Notes under the pieces: model-generated
What the model was told of the DNA's origin: nothing
Databases searched by the model: none
Seen by the model: only the letters and a program-made list of their open reading frames with translations
Part shown: one piece after another, positions 38,057-52,245 of the stretch
Layout: each line of letters starts with the position of its first letter
How positions within the stretch are numbered: the stretch's first letter is position 1
Assembly (NCBI GenBank): GCA_951406725.2
Contig: OX597834.1
Location: forward strand, 6,696,001-6,760,000
Origin: Octopus vulgaris
Taxonomy: Eukaryota
Length of the DNA: 64,000 nucleotides
Reading direction: 5' to 3'
Made by a program: the position numbers and the translations under genes

Positions 38057-39562
38057 ATCTATAGCTTTACATTAGAAGACAAAACTTTCACAGAAGCCTC
38101 TCTCCGATTCCTATGACAAAACTGTTCTAAGAAAAGAGCATGACTTCAAACTGAATCAAAATAGAAATATGGGTTAGACAGCTTGACAGGAATTGGCAAG
38201 GCCAGGGGTTGCACCAAATTCCAACTGCTGGTGTTGGCTTGTTTGTGTCTCTTTAACTCAGTAGTTTGGCTTGAGTAACTGAGAAAATAAGTACCAGAAT
38301 TTAAAAACAAAACTCTTTGAAATAGTGCTCCAGTATGGCCAAAGTTTGATTACTGAAACCATAAAAGATAAACGATCTGGAACACTTCTAAAGAATCTTG
38401 CAATTTTGGTGTAAGACCAGTTAGAGAGTTTGCCTTATTAAACCAGTGAAGCATGTCTTGTAAGTTTGTGAAATTTCATTAAGTTTTTCCTCCAGGAGGT
38501 TTATCTGCTGTCCATGTCCTTGGGGTTTGTTTTAAACAATTTAAGGAGAAAGTTAAGAAGCACTGGATATCATAATGTCTCTGGATGATTAAAAGGGAAA
38601 AAATACAAGCAGAAAATAGGCTCTAAAGGCTATTGTTGCTGCCAGGGGTTAAATTAGCTTGAAACACTTGAGCTGCTAAACAGACATTTTTCCAAAAGGT
38701 TTCAAGACTGGTTTTAGAAATGAATTAGATGAAACAGAAGATAACCTTCTTTAGTATTATCAGGTTGCAATTATGGACAACACTGAATAATTAAATGAAG
38801 AATATAATTAAGTTATAGGATAAGATATTGATGAAGCGTTAAGCCAAGAAGAATGGCTGGAGTTCTTTAAAAAAAAATTGATTTTTAAGCAATAAACCAA
38901 TTTTAGGAACAATTGAATTTTTAACCTATGAAACGACTTTTGTTAAATAACAAAAGCAAACATCATTCTTGCTTAATTGTTTGTCTTCAAGGTTGTTTAA
39001 TATCTGTGTGATACGTCTCAATTTTCAGTGATATTTGTTTTTGTTTTTTTTTAAATAAGGAAATAATTGTGGTTTTCTATTTGGGATAAAATTATCATCT
39101 TCATCGATTTTGATTATTCGCTTTTTCAGCTGGAATTTGTTGAAACAGAGTTTCTATAGATGGATAGATGGATGCTCTTTCTGTCCTCAACTCTTACCCA
39201 TTTCTGAGTAAGGTAATATTTCCCCATGAACAGACATGTTTTAAAGGCGGCGAGCTGGCAAAGACATTAGCCTGCCGGGTGAAATACTTAGCGGTATTTG
39301 GTCTGCCGTTACGTTCTGAGTTCAAATTCCGCCAAGGTCGACTTTGCCTTTCATCCTTTCAGGGCCGATAAATTAAGTACCAGGTGCATACTGGGGTTGA
39401 TCTAATCGACTGGAAGAGGTAAATCCAGGAAGACATGGGATGAAGTAGTGAATCATGATCTTTGAACAGAGGGCCTCACAGAGGCAATGACAAGAGACTG
39501 ACACTTTTGGAGATATGCTGTGAAAAGACCCGGCAACTAAAGTGAGATCCCAGTCATGCATG

Positions 39563-39995
39563 TCCAACCCATTTAAGATGCATTGGGTGATACGATATGC
39601 TTGAAAAGACTTGTTGAGTCAAGTAAAACCAGATTGTAGCTGTGGCAAGTGGCCCCTGACTGGCTCCCATGCTGGTGGTATGTGAAAAGCACCATCCAAA
39701 TGTAGCTGATGCCAGTACCCACTGACTGGCCCCTGTGATGTTGGTACGTAAAAAGCACTATCCGAACGTGACTGAGACCAGGCCTGCCTGATCAGCTCCT
39801 GTGCTGGTGGGATGTAAAAAGCACTGACTAAATTCTTGGAGTGGTTAGTGTTAGGAAGGGCATCCAGCTGTAGAAACATTGCCAGATCAGATTGGAGTCT
39901 GGTGTAGCTGCTGGCTCTCCAGACCTCAGTCAAACCGTGCAACCCATGCCGGCATGGAAAACGGACGTTAAACAATGATGATGATGTTGATGATG

Positions 39996-39997
<2 letters not shown>
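39563..39997 (+). mobile_element. SINE-like family E
   Basis: Homology to 25421-25740; (GAT)n tail. Confidence 0.85.
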
Positions 39998-40043
<46 letters not shown>

Positions 40044-40062
40044 CTTATGTCAGGTGTCCCAG

Positions 40063-40096
<34 letters not shown>

Positions 40097-40195
40097 TGGC
40101 AGTGCCCCAGCATAGCCACAGCTTCTGAGCTGAAACTAGATAAAATAAAATAAATATATATATATATGTGTGGGTGTGTGTGTCTGTGTGTGTGC

Positions 40196-40510
40196 GGAGG
40201 CACAATGGCCCAGTGGTTAGGGCAGCGGACTCGTGGTTGTAGAATCGCTGTTTCGATTCCCAAACTGGGCATTGTGAGTGTTTATTGAGCGAAAACACCT
40301 AAAGCCCCACGAGGCTCCGGCGGGGTGGGGGGGGGCCATCCCTGCTGTACTCTTTCACCACAACTCTCTCTCTCACACTTTCTTCTGTTGGCCTGCTCGC
40401 TTAGCCAGCGGGGTGGCGTCATTTGAAGGCTAAAACAATGCGAAGTGCATTGTGACCAGCGGTGTGTAGCAACATCAGATAGCCTGGTCGGTCACGATGA
40501 TCACGGTGAT
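40196..40510 (+). mobile_element. SINE family D (tRNA-derived)
   Basis: tggcccagtggttagggc...gtttcgattccc head; homolog of 54616-54921. Confidence 0.88.
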
Positions 40511-41318
40511 ATATATATATATGTATGTGTGAGTGTGTGTGTGCGTGACATGTTTCTTTCAGTTTTTGTCTCCATATCTACTCACAAAGCATTGCTCAAA
40601 TAATGTATATTAGAGATTTTAAGCTACAAAATGTAGGGGTAGCATTATATCTGAGATTGCATTGTACTCAAATCAATATACAATAACTACAATCTTGCAG
40701 AATGGACAACTTTTAGTGAATATAGTTTTGATGTAACAATAATTTGTTAGTCTGGCAATTTAATATATTGATATTGGAAAATATCTGAAGGGCTCCGTGA
40801 GTGTGGAGAATATATAACCAAGCACAAGCTAACAGATTTAATATAGTACAACCAAAATAGATTTTTAATCATTTGAAATCACATATATGATAAGAATGAA
40901 AATTCCTTAGCATTAAGGATAATTATTTTCCAATGATGTAAGGGACGGAATTATGAACATGGATTTATAAAAATCAGCTTTCTGTTCAACAAGTTCCTCG
41001 GCTTCATTTGTTGATGTTGTCATTGTTGTTGTCCTTGTTGTTGCTATTGAGGTTGTTGTTGTTGTTGTGATTGTTGTTGTTGCTGCTGTTGTTCGCCTGA
41101 TAATTATTCAGGTGGTGAGCTGTCGGAATCCTTAGCACGACGGGCAAAATGCTTAGCTGCAGTTTATTCGTCTTTACATTCCTAGTTCAAATTCCGTTGA
41201 GGTCAACTTTGCCTTCCGTCCTTATGGGGTCGATAAATTAAATACCAGGCAAGTACTGGAGGCAATGCGATAGACTACCCTGCTCCCCACAAATTCCAGG
41301 TCTTGTGCCTATAGTAGA

Positions 41319-41367
<49 letters not shown>

Positions 41368-41492
41368 ATTATTTATGGGTTTTTCTTCATCTTTCAAATT
41401 TGCTTCCATTTCTTGCCAAGTGTCTTCTCGACTCCTAGGGCAAAGAAACTCATAGTATACATTGGTAAGCAATTAAACTAAACTCACTAGTT

Positions 41493-41913
41493 CTCTTACT
41501 CTTACTCTTTTACTCTTTTACTTGTTTCAGTCATTTGACTGCGGCTATGCTGGAGCACCACCTTTAGTCGAGCAAATCGACCCTGGGACTTATTCTTTGT
41601 AAGCCCAGTACTTATTCTATCGGTCTCTTTTGCCGAACTGCTAAGTGACAGGGACATAAACACACCAGCATCTGTTGTCAAGCAATGCTAGAGGGACAAA
41701 CACAGACACACAAACATATACACATACATACATATATATACATATATACGACAGGCTTCTTTCAGTTTCTGTCTACCAAATCCACTCACAAGGCTTTGGT
41801 CAGCCCGAGGCTATAGCAGAAGACACTTGCCCAAGGTGCCACGCAGTGGGACTGAACCCGGAACCATGAGGTTGGTTAGCAAGCTATGTACCACACAGCC
41901 ACTCCTGCGCCTA
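41493..41913 (-). mobile_element. SINE family B, full length
   Basis: Homology to other B copies. Confidence 0.9.
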
Positions 41914-41991
41914 TTTTCGTTCATTTTTTTTTTTTTAATAGAAATAAAGTTAAATTAAAATACATGGGTGGTAATAGTTCTCACATCGACA

Positions 41992-42718
<727 letters not shown>

Positions 42719-42949
42719 CATTATCATCATCATCATCATCATCATTATTATTATTATTATGATTATTATTATCATTATTACAATTATTATTATTATGCTT
42801 CTTCACACTTATTTAGCTAGTGGGTATTTTATCTTGAGTTCTGGATTATCATTATTCACCAATCAATTGCACACCTTCAAACACAGCTCTGTGTACCTTG
42901 GTTTGTTTTTGACTTTGTTATTTCCACTGCATTGAAAGTGCTCAACATA

Positions 42950-42993
<44 letters not shown>

Positions 42994-43081
42994 TGCCTAG
43001 CAATGCTCTTTTGTGAATATTGTTTATATTTGCAAGTCCTGGGGTTTTGGTTATGTATTTGTCTGCATGTCTTATTGGTTA

Positions 43082-43140
43082 CTAGCAGAAATACCTGGCG
43101 TTGCCTGGGTAAACAAAAAATAAGGAAATTTTAAAATACC
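43082..43140 (-). mobile_element. Helitron-like 3' end
   Basis: Minus strand acccaggcaacgccaggt hairpin-like segment followed by atttctgCTAG|T. Confidence 0.5.
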
Positions 43141-43447
43141 TTCTAAATCTCTAACATGAAATATAGACTACTCAGGTGTTACCTCTTAGTAGCTGAGATG
43201 CCAACTTTATATATTAATAACCTGGTGTTTCCCAGGTTATTGAAAATAATGAAATTTAAGTAGCTTGCTAACCAAGCATGATTCCGGGTTCAGTCCCACT
43301 GTGTGGCATCTTGAGGTACAAGTGTCTTCTGCTATATGTCAATAAATGCCTTGTGAGTGGATTTGGTAGACGGAAACTGAAAGAAGCCTGTCGTATATAA
43401 TAACAGGTTGTTCTTTGTGTTTGTTGTCTGTGTTTGTCCCCCACCCT

Positions 43448-44521
43448 TCTCAGAGCTGGAGCTTTTCAACAGAGTCCCATAAATTAGTTTTCAAAATATT
43501 TTGGTACATCTCTGCATTCATTCTACCATCTATCACATGTAAATTGCCAGTACCATTTGCAGAGAAACACCCCCACACCATTATGTTGCCACTTCCAAAC
43601 TTTACGGTAGGAATTGTGCTTTTCGGCGAATAGGTGTTACCATCTTTCCTCCAAACATGGCTACGTGAATTTTGTCCAAACAATTCAATTTTCGACTCAT
43701 CTGTCCATATAACATTTTCCCAGAATGTATCAGATTTATCTTTATGTTCGTAAACAAATTTTAAACAGGCATCTCTATTCCTTTTAGTCAACAGTGAAGT
43801 TTTTCTTGGAGCGCGTGACTTCAGTTCATTCCTATGAAGTTCATTGCTGATTGTTCGTAGTGTAACACTAGTCCCTGAAGCTAACAAATCTTCTTGCAAC
43901 TCTTTTCTGGTGATCATTGCATTTTTTTTTCGATTCTTTGCTTCAACTTTTCTTAAAGATCTAGGGGAAATCTTGCATGGTGCACCGGATCTTATTCTGT
44001 TTTCAACAGTTCCCGATTTTTTATATCTTTGAATAAATGAAGATATGGTAGAAAATGGAATACAAAAGGTCTCTGATATTTTCCTGTAACTTTTACCTGC
44101 TTTCCACTGTTCAATAATTAAGTTTTTCACTGAATTTGTGAGTTCTTTACTTTTCGTCATTATTACGATACTACTTTATGTTGTCTCAGTGCTGAATGGA
44201 GTAGCTAGCGTTTTGACACTTAAAAATGACAACTGATAAGATTATTGGAACAAACGAATATGTTCTAGTAAAAAAAAATTACTTTAACAGTATTTTGTGG
44301 CATAGAAAATTATAAATTTATTTTGTACAAATAATTTTTTCACTCCTAAATACTTATAATTGTATATAAATTCCTTAGTTACTATAATTTATTAGTTTCT
44401 TTTGCATATTCTTAGTTTATGCATGTGTATGCAAATATAGTATTGGTATATCATTTATGTTCATTAGAAATTAAATAAATAAATAATTTTGACATGTATG
44501 AATGTTTATTTCCCCCCACTG
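43448..44521 (-). mobile_element. Tc1-like transposon, 5' part (3'-truncated)
   Basis: TA|CAGTGGGGGG terminus at 44521 inside (TA)n; contains the transposase ORF. Confidence 0.9.
43450..44160 (-). pseudogene. Tc1 transposase, uninterrupted 236 aa, lacking the second D and the E
   Basis: Paired-like HTH, RSGAP, PRKTSLL, WTDESKIELFG, TVKFGSGNIMVWGCF; cut off at a SINE boundary. Confidence 0.92.
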
Positions 44522-44523
44522 TA

Positions 44524-44565
<42 letters not shown>

Positions 44566-44566
<1 letters not shown>

Positions 44567-45002
44567 CAATAATAAATCTCTGAACGAGATGTAAACAGTA
44601 ACTGCACGACAACGTAAAGTATACTAGCCATCTTAATATGGCTAACCACTAAGGGTGGGTGTTACTGTAGCTTTTAGCCCCAGGAGATTATCGTCTCCAG
44701 CTGGCTTTAGGCACACTTTCTGTGCCCTTATGGTATTTGAAAAGGGAGGTCATCCCTCTCTCATCAACCTAAGTGATACGCATGGACTGCAGTTTCTAGG
44801 TATTTGCCTGTCTTCGGCGTACGACAATCACCGGTTTTCGATGAAGGGAGACCGTTTGCAAATACTTATTTATTGTTTTTCCAGTAACTTCCGTCACTGA
44901 TTTCGAAAACTGTCTGCAAGCAATGATAAATCTCTGAACGAGATGTAAACAGTAACTGCACGACAACGTAAAGTATACTAGCCATCTTAATATGGCTAAC
45001 CA
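44566..45002 (-). mobile_element. Penelope-like terminal repeat as a partial tandem (83-bp direct repeats, 354-bp period)
   Basis: 44566-44648 matches 44920-45002; HHR between them; abuts (TA)n. Confidence 0.75.
44779..44823 (-). ncRNA. Type I HHR with palindromic stem III
   Basis: cgtacg CCGAAGA c-agg[caaata]cct-a GAA ACTGCAGT C catgcg; GUC triplet; stem I extends with gtgat/atcac. Confidence 0.7.
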
Positions 45003-46327
45003 TATTTGCAAATACCATACATAGATGTACACTAACACTTTAGGTGAAGTATAGGTATATACATACACAACTGTGGCAGATATACGGAAATAAAATGGAA
45101 CACTACACAATAAACTGAAATAACAAAGAAAATAATTTTAATTGTTTACACAATTCCAGAGAAGATGGGAATAATAAGAACCAGTATATATAACGATCAA
45201 ATTCTATTCTGTCTTAGAATTCAGCTACATTCTCAATAGTTCAATTAAAATAATGAGTTCGAAGACCACCATAGAAATAACACTTGACAGATATGGACGC
45301 AGTTAAAGAATTGTTCTACATTTAGTATGTATATAAGATACATAATTAAGGCGCTCAATGCAATAATATGTCTAATATCTTCTTAAAACATCTTCATGTT
45401 GAATTCCAGAGATAAATTTGGTTATTGTGTTTTTGTTTACATTGATATCACTCGAAGAATGAATATCAAGTAATGCATCTACAAATGTGGAGGTAATTCA
45501 TTTGAATATCTCTAAAGGGAATTATATGACATACAGAATGATAATAAAAGATTCTGCTTTTAGTATTTCTTCTCTTTTAAAGAGATTTAGAATATCTTAT
45601 TAGAAGGATAATTAGCGAGAATCTTTGTTAATAAGATTTCGCACCACTAATGTTGTGTAAACAGTCTACTTGATCAAAGAGTCTTAAGGTATTTTAACAA
45701 ATGAAAATAAATATTGTATTCATGTGTAAATATATAGGGAAAATTCCAATCTTCTTAAGGGATTTCAATGAGGGATTGATTGTGGGACTAGAAACGTTTT
45801 TAACAGGTGTTAAACATAAAGGTAATGAAAAGAACAATGTAGAAATAGAAAAATACAATATTGGACATTTTATCTGGTTTCCAGAAATTTGGAATTTTCA
45901 GAAATCTAAGGGTGCTTTACAATATTGTTCAACATACTTTTCCCTGTACCGAATAAACAAATCCTGTTTCTGAAGTTGGTTAATTTGCATAAAATGTGTT
46001 AAGAATCATTTTGTTATTTTTGTTCATTTTGGTGGACTAATAAAAAAAAAAGTAAACAAGTTCTGCTTTAGAATTGTATTAAATTATTTATTATCTTTTG
46101 TATTTTACTGGTTTCAGTAACTAGATTGTGGCCATGCTGGGGCACCCCCTTCAAAGATTTTTTCAGTTGAAAGAGTCAATCCCAAAACTATTTTTTTAAG
46201 CCTGGTACTTACTTTATTGGTCTCTTTTGCTGAACTGCTAAGTTACGGGGATGTAACAGACAGACCAATGCCAGTTGCCAAGCAGTGGTGGGGGACAAAC
46301 ACAGACACAAAGACCTCCAAGCACACA

Positions 46328-46378
<51 letters not shown>

Positions 46379-46530
46379 ACAAACACACACACACACACAC
46401 ATACATACACACACACAAACACACGCTCACACACACACACACACGCTCACACACACACACACATCATGGACTGAGACCCATGCGGTTGGTAACCAAGCTT
46501 CTTACTACACAGTCACATCTCTACATGTAT

Positions 46531-47134
46531 CTGCCGATTTTTAAAGGAAAGAAAAAGGTCAATAAATACTTGCCATTACATATTTAATCAACCAAATATG
46601 AAACATTTTGTAGCACAGTGCGTCTCCATCTTTCCTTTAACTTGGAAATGCCCTCTTCCCAGAATTGAGGTGGTTTCATGGCAACGAATTCATCAAGGTA
46701 TCTTGTTACATCATCCAAGGAATTGAAATTTTTACCATTAAGACTATTCTGCAGAGACCTGAATAAGTGGAAATCCGAAGGAGCAATATCTGGTGAATAT
46801 GGAGGCTGGGGTAACACATCCCAACCGAGCTGCAGCAATTTTTGTCTGGTTCCCAAAGAATCAAGTGCTGAAAATGAACTTTCTTATCTTCCATTTTAAA
46901 CCAGCCGGAACCTTGCGAACGGTGCATAATTCTTTGGGTGCCTGTGAGGCATTTTTTCCTTTACAGAATTAACACAAGTTATATGAACGTAAATCTTCTT
47001 CCACGAAAAGATAGCTTAAACTCTGCTCTAAATGGAGGTGTAGTCAAATCCTCTTTTATGGACTCAACCATGTTGTAAAATAAGTCGAAAGATAAGCTGC
47101 TATAAATCAGCACGAACTTTCCAGACAACCCAAT
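46531..47134 (-). mobile_element. Internally deleted mariner
   Basis: TIR tattgggttgtctggaaagttcgtg; MEDKKVHFQHLIL joined to GTRQKLLQLGWDVLPQPPYSPDIAPSDFHLFRSLQNSL. Confidence 0.9.
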
Positions 47135-47500
47135 ATGATATTACACTGCATGAATGATGAACAGAAATGAGCAGAGCTGAAGGAATGAAAAAAAATACCT
47201 GGGTATGAGAAGAAGCAGTTGTAGGATGCAAGAGTGATGGCTATAAAAGGTATACGAATAATGTTTACAAGTGATTGAATCTGTGCCAGGAGGAGATTCT
47301 TGTGGATGGATCCAATGGTAGATGGTTAAGAAAGACACAGGCCAGAGGTGATGAGTTACTAGACTCATCCAACCCATGCCAGCAGGAAAAACAGACATAA
47401 GGTGTAGATGATGGGAATGATGGTGGTGCTGCTGGTGGTAGTTGTGATAGTGGTAATACGCTTCTGGCTAGTTTTTATTTTGCTATCAAAAGGGATTACT

Positions 47501-48142
47501 TATTTCTTTACTATCCACAAGAGGCTAAACACAGAGGGGGCAAACAAGGACAGACAAAGGGATTGAGTCGATTATATCGACCCCCAGTGCATAACTGGTA
47601 CTTATTTAATCGACCCCAAAAAGATGAAAGGCAAAGTCAACCTCGGCAGAATTTGAACTCAGAACATAACGGCATACAAAATACCTATTTCTTTACTACC
47701 CACAAGGGGCTAAACACAGAGGGGGCAAACAAGGACAGACAAAGGGATTGAGTCGATTATATCGACCCCCAGTGCATAACTGGTACTTATTTAATTGATC
47801 CCGAAAGGATGAAAGACAATGTCAACCTCAGCGGAATTTGAACTCAGAACGTAGCAGCAGACGAAATACCTATTTCTTTACTACCCACAAGGGGCTAATA
47901 CCTATTTCCATTTCTTTACTATCCTCAAGGGGCTAAACACAGAGGGGACAAACAAGGACAGACAAACAGATTAAGTCGATTATATCGACCCCAGTGCATA
48001 ACTGGTACTTATTTAATCAACCCCGAAAGGATGAAAGGCAAAGTCGACCTTGGCGGAATTTGAACTCAGAACGTAACGGAAGACGAAATGCAGCTAAGCA
48101 TTTTGCCCGGCATGCTAACGTTTCTGCCAGCTCGCCACCTTA
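47501..48142 (-). mobile_element. SINE family A tandem trimer with a 13-bp TSD
   Basis: TSD aaaagggattact at 47488-47500 and 48143-48155; one head and three bodies. Confidence 0.92.
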
Positions 48143-48397
48143 AAAAGGGATTACTGGTCAAACTAAAGACATGGTACCAGATACTGAATGAGGTGTGTAG
48201 TGAGATTGAACCCAGAACTACAGAGCTGTAATGTGAACTTAATTACACAGCCATAATTACAAAACTTGACTACTGGGATAGATCCATCCAACAAGAAACC
48301 CTCAAATGTTTGCTGTTCACTGAGCAAATAGTTGGAACTGTCACGACAGGAATTCTTTGATCATAGGTTTGCTTAATCAGGATTGATTTGACATAAA

Positions 48398-48741
48398 TTA
48401 ATAATAATAATAATAATAATAAAAATAATAATAATAATAATTATTATAATAATAATAATAATCAATAATAATAAAAATGATGATGATGATGATGGTGACA
48501 ATAATAATAATAATAATAATTAATAAGATGATGATTAATACATAATAATGATGATGATAATAATAAAATAATAATAATAATAATAATAATAAATAATAAT
48601 AATAATAATAATAGTAATAATAATAATAATAACAATAATAATAAAAATGATGATGATGATGATGGTGACAATAATAATAATAATAATAATCAATAATAAT
48701 GATGATGATGATAATAATAATAATGATGATGATAATAATAA

Positions 48742-48790
<49 letters not shown>

Positions 48791-49006
48791 GTAATAATAA
48801 TAATAATAATGATGATGATAATAATAATAATGATAATAATAATAATAATGATAATAATGATAATAATAATAATGATGATAATAATGATACTGATGATAAT
48901 AATAATAATGATAATAATGATAATAATGATAATAATAATAATAATGATAATAATAATAATAATGATAATAATGATAATAATAATAATGATGATAATAATA
49001 ATAATG

Positions 49007-49037
<31 letters not shown>

Positions 49038-49219
49038 TGATAATAATAATAATGATGATAATAATAATAATGATAATAATGATAATAATAATAATGATGA
49101 TAATAATGATAATGATGATAATAATAATAATGATAATAATGATAATAATGATAATAATAATGATGATAATAATGATAATGATGATGATAATAATAATAAT
49201 AATGATGATAATAATAATG

Positions 49220-49250
<31 letters not shown>

Positions 49251-49960
49251 TGATAATAATAATAATGATGATAATAATAATAATGATGATAATAATAATG
49301 ATGATAATAATAATATATGATAATAATAATAATAATAATAATAATGATGATAATAATAATAATGATGATAATAATAATAATGATAATAATGATAATAATA
49401 ATAATGATGATAATAATAATAATGATGATAATAATAATAATGATAATAATGATAATAATGATAATAATAATGATGATAATAATGATAATGATGATAATAA
49501 TAATAATGATAATAATGATAATAATAATAATGATAATAATAATAATAATGATAATAATGATAATAATAATAATGATGATAATAATAATAATGATAATAAT
49601 GATAATAATGATAATAATAATGATGATGATAATAATGATAATGATGATAATAATAATAATGATAATAATGATAATAATGATAATAATAATGATGATAATA
49701 ATGATAATGATGATAATAATAATAATAATAATGATGATAATAATAATAATAATAATAATGATAATAATAATAATAATAATGATAATAATGATAATAATAA
49801 TAATGATGATAATAATAATAATGATAATAATGATAATAATGATAATAATAATAATGATGTTGATGATGATGATGATAATAATAATAATAATAATAATAAT
49901 GGCAGTAGTAGTAGTAGTAGTTGTAGTAGTAGTAGTAGTATTAGCAATAGCAACAACAAC
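48398..49960. repeat. 1.56-kb (AAT/GAT)n compound microsatellite
   Basis: Direct reading; source of the 438-535 aa low-complexity ORFs. Confidence 0.98.
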
Positions 49961-50192
49961 TAAGGCAGATAAATCTTGTCTCTGTTCATTTGCTGCTGGA
50001 AGCAATAAAAGGATGGACTGAGAGTAAAGTCAGTTTGGAATCGTTTGGAAATGGTTAAGATAAAGAAAGTCTTTGATGAGACAGAAAAGACAAAGAGATA
50101 ATGAATTCAAGATTCAGCCTCTGCACTTAGTCATCTCTCACCACTCATCTACCCCCCACCTTTGAACTGCGCTTCTGTACATTGTGTCATTG

Positions 50193-50198
50193 TGTGTG

Positions 50199-50249
<51 letters not shown>

Positions 50250-50251
50250 GT

Positions 50252-50330
<79 letters not shown>

Positions 50331-50399
50331 ACATATATGTATATATATGTATGTATATATATATTATATATATTATATATATATATATACGCTTGTTTA

Positions 50400-50435
<36 letters not shown>

Positions 50436-50602
50436 TGTGTGTGTGTGCGTGTGCATGTGTGTGAGTGGTGTGCCTTATTTCTTTATGTATATTTTTATAT
50501 ATATATAAATATGTATACATATATATGTATACGTATACACGTAGCAAATATATATATATACACATATATATATATGACACAATACATACATACACACATG
50601 CA

Positions 50603-50633
<31 letters not shown>

Positions 50634-50860
50634 TTATGTATGTATATGTATATGTATATATATATATCATCATCATCATCATCTTCATCATCATCGTTTA
50701 ACATGTGACTGTATACACATACACATGCATGCACATACTGACATATATCTGTATGTGTGTGACTATATATATACATATAGGTATGTATGTCTTTATGTGT
50801 ATTATGGGTAACTAGTTGTTCCTGCTTATATATATACACATCCTGCTTATATATATATAT
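50193..50860. repeat. TA/GA/TG/CAT microsatellite field
   Basis: Direct reading. Confidence 0.95.
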
Positions 50861-51230
50861 ACATTCTTGCTGAATGTAGGTACACAGACATTAGATGAAA
50901 GTCTAAGGGTAGTCTGGTGCGTTACATCAATGGCATCTATGTTTGATAATCTTTGTGTTTAAACCTCTCTGCTATCGACTTTGTCATTTATTACCTTTAG
51001 GTTTGTCTGTACGAAAGCCAATAATCTGCTTCATACAGATCAGTGACCTGTGCCTCTTTCTCTCCTACAAAATCCATTTTAGTTTTTAGCTTTTAGTTTT
51101 TGGTTCTTATTAATATACATATAACCAATACCTTTTAATTACATGGCCGTTGTGATTGAAATTTCTTTGCACCTAACCAGGGTATGTAATTGAGCAATTT
51201 TTGCAGAGTGAGCAATAAGTTATGAAAGTA

Positions 51231-51638
51231 GTGAGCTGGCAGAAATGTTAGCACGCTGGGCAAAATGCGTAGCCGTATTTCATCTATCATTATGTTCTGA
51301 GTTCAAATTCCGCCGAGGTTGACTTTGCCTCTCATCCTTTCGAGGTCGATTAAATAAGTACAAGTTACTGGGGTCGATATAATCGACTTAATCTGTTTGT
51401 CTGTCCTTGTTTGTCCTCTCTGTGTTTAGCCCCTTGTGGGTAGTAAAGAAATAGGTATTTTGTCTGCCGCTACGTCCTGAGTTCAAATTCCGCCGAGGTC
51501 GACTTTGCTTTTCATTCTTTCAGGGTCAATTAAATAAGTAGCAGTTATGCACTGGGGTCAATATAATCGACTTAATCCGTTTATCTGTCCTTGTTTGTCC
51601 CTTCTGTGTTTAGCCCCTTGTGGGTAGTAAAGAAATAG
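51231..51638 (+). mobile_element. SINE family A tandem dimer
   Basis: Junction aagaaatag|gtattttg at ~51455; TSD-like gaaagYagtgagc. Confidence 0.9.
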
Positions 51639-51920
51639 AAAGCAGTGAGCAATGAAGAGGTTGGTATGTGAAGTCTGCAGGACATGGTGACTAAGCAGCA
51701 GATGAGTTTGCTGACCATGTCCTTGATTCGATTGGTGCAGGAGAGACATGCAGTGGATTCCGGAAGACTGAGTAGAAGACCAGAGAAAATGCGATTCTGT
51801 ACATTCCAGGATGACATAATGGCAATGAAGGTTGGTTCAAGTGGAACTAAGAGAAAAGTGAATGATCAGGATGTTTGGAGAAAGCTTGGCACCTGTTGTG
51901 CTGGTAAGCTGGTTAAGTTC

Positions 51921-52149
51921 AGTGAGCTGGCAGAATCGTTAGCACGCCGGGCGAAATGCTTAGTGGTATTCCGTCTGCCGTTATGTTCTGGGTTAAAATT
52001 CTGCCAAGGTCGACTTTGCCTTTCATCCTTTTGGGGTCGATTAAATAAGTACCAGTTACGCACTGGGGTCGATATAATTGACTTAATCCGTTTGTCTGTC
52101 TTTGTTTGTCCTCTCTGTGTTTAGCCCCTTGTGGGTAGTAAAGAAATAG
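51921..52149 (+). mobile_element. SINE family A monomer
   Basis: Homology to other A copies. Confidence 0.9.
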
Positions 52150-52245
52150 GTACCTATTGTGCTGACAGTACTTGAGGATCTAAGAGCTAAAAGCAAGGTA
52201 TTGCATTTTACAGCTTGTTGAAACGCCTTAATTTCGCAAAAAGCT

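Noticed and set aside
48398-50021. Long ORFs of 234-535 aa, and similar ones at 10052-10695, 18791-19396, 27961-28765 and 32043-32654
   Set aside because: Homopolymeric translations of microsatellites that lack stop codons
51640-51905. RTE ORF2 C-terminal remnant (similar one at 24060-24200)
   Set aside because: Plausible, but too decayed to support without a search
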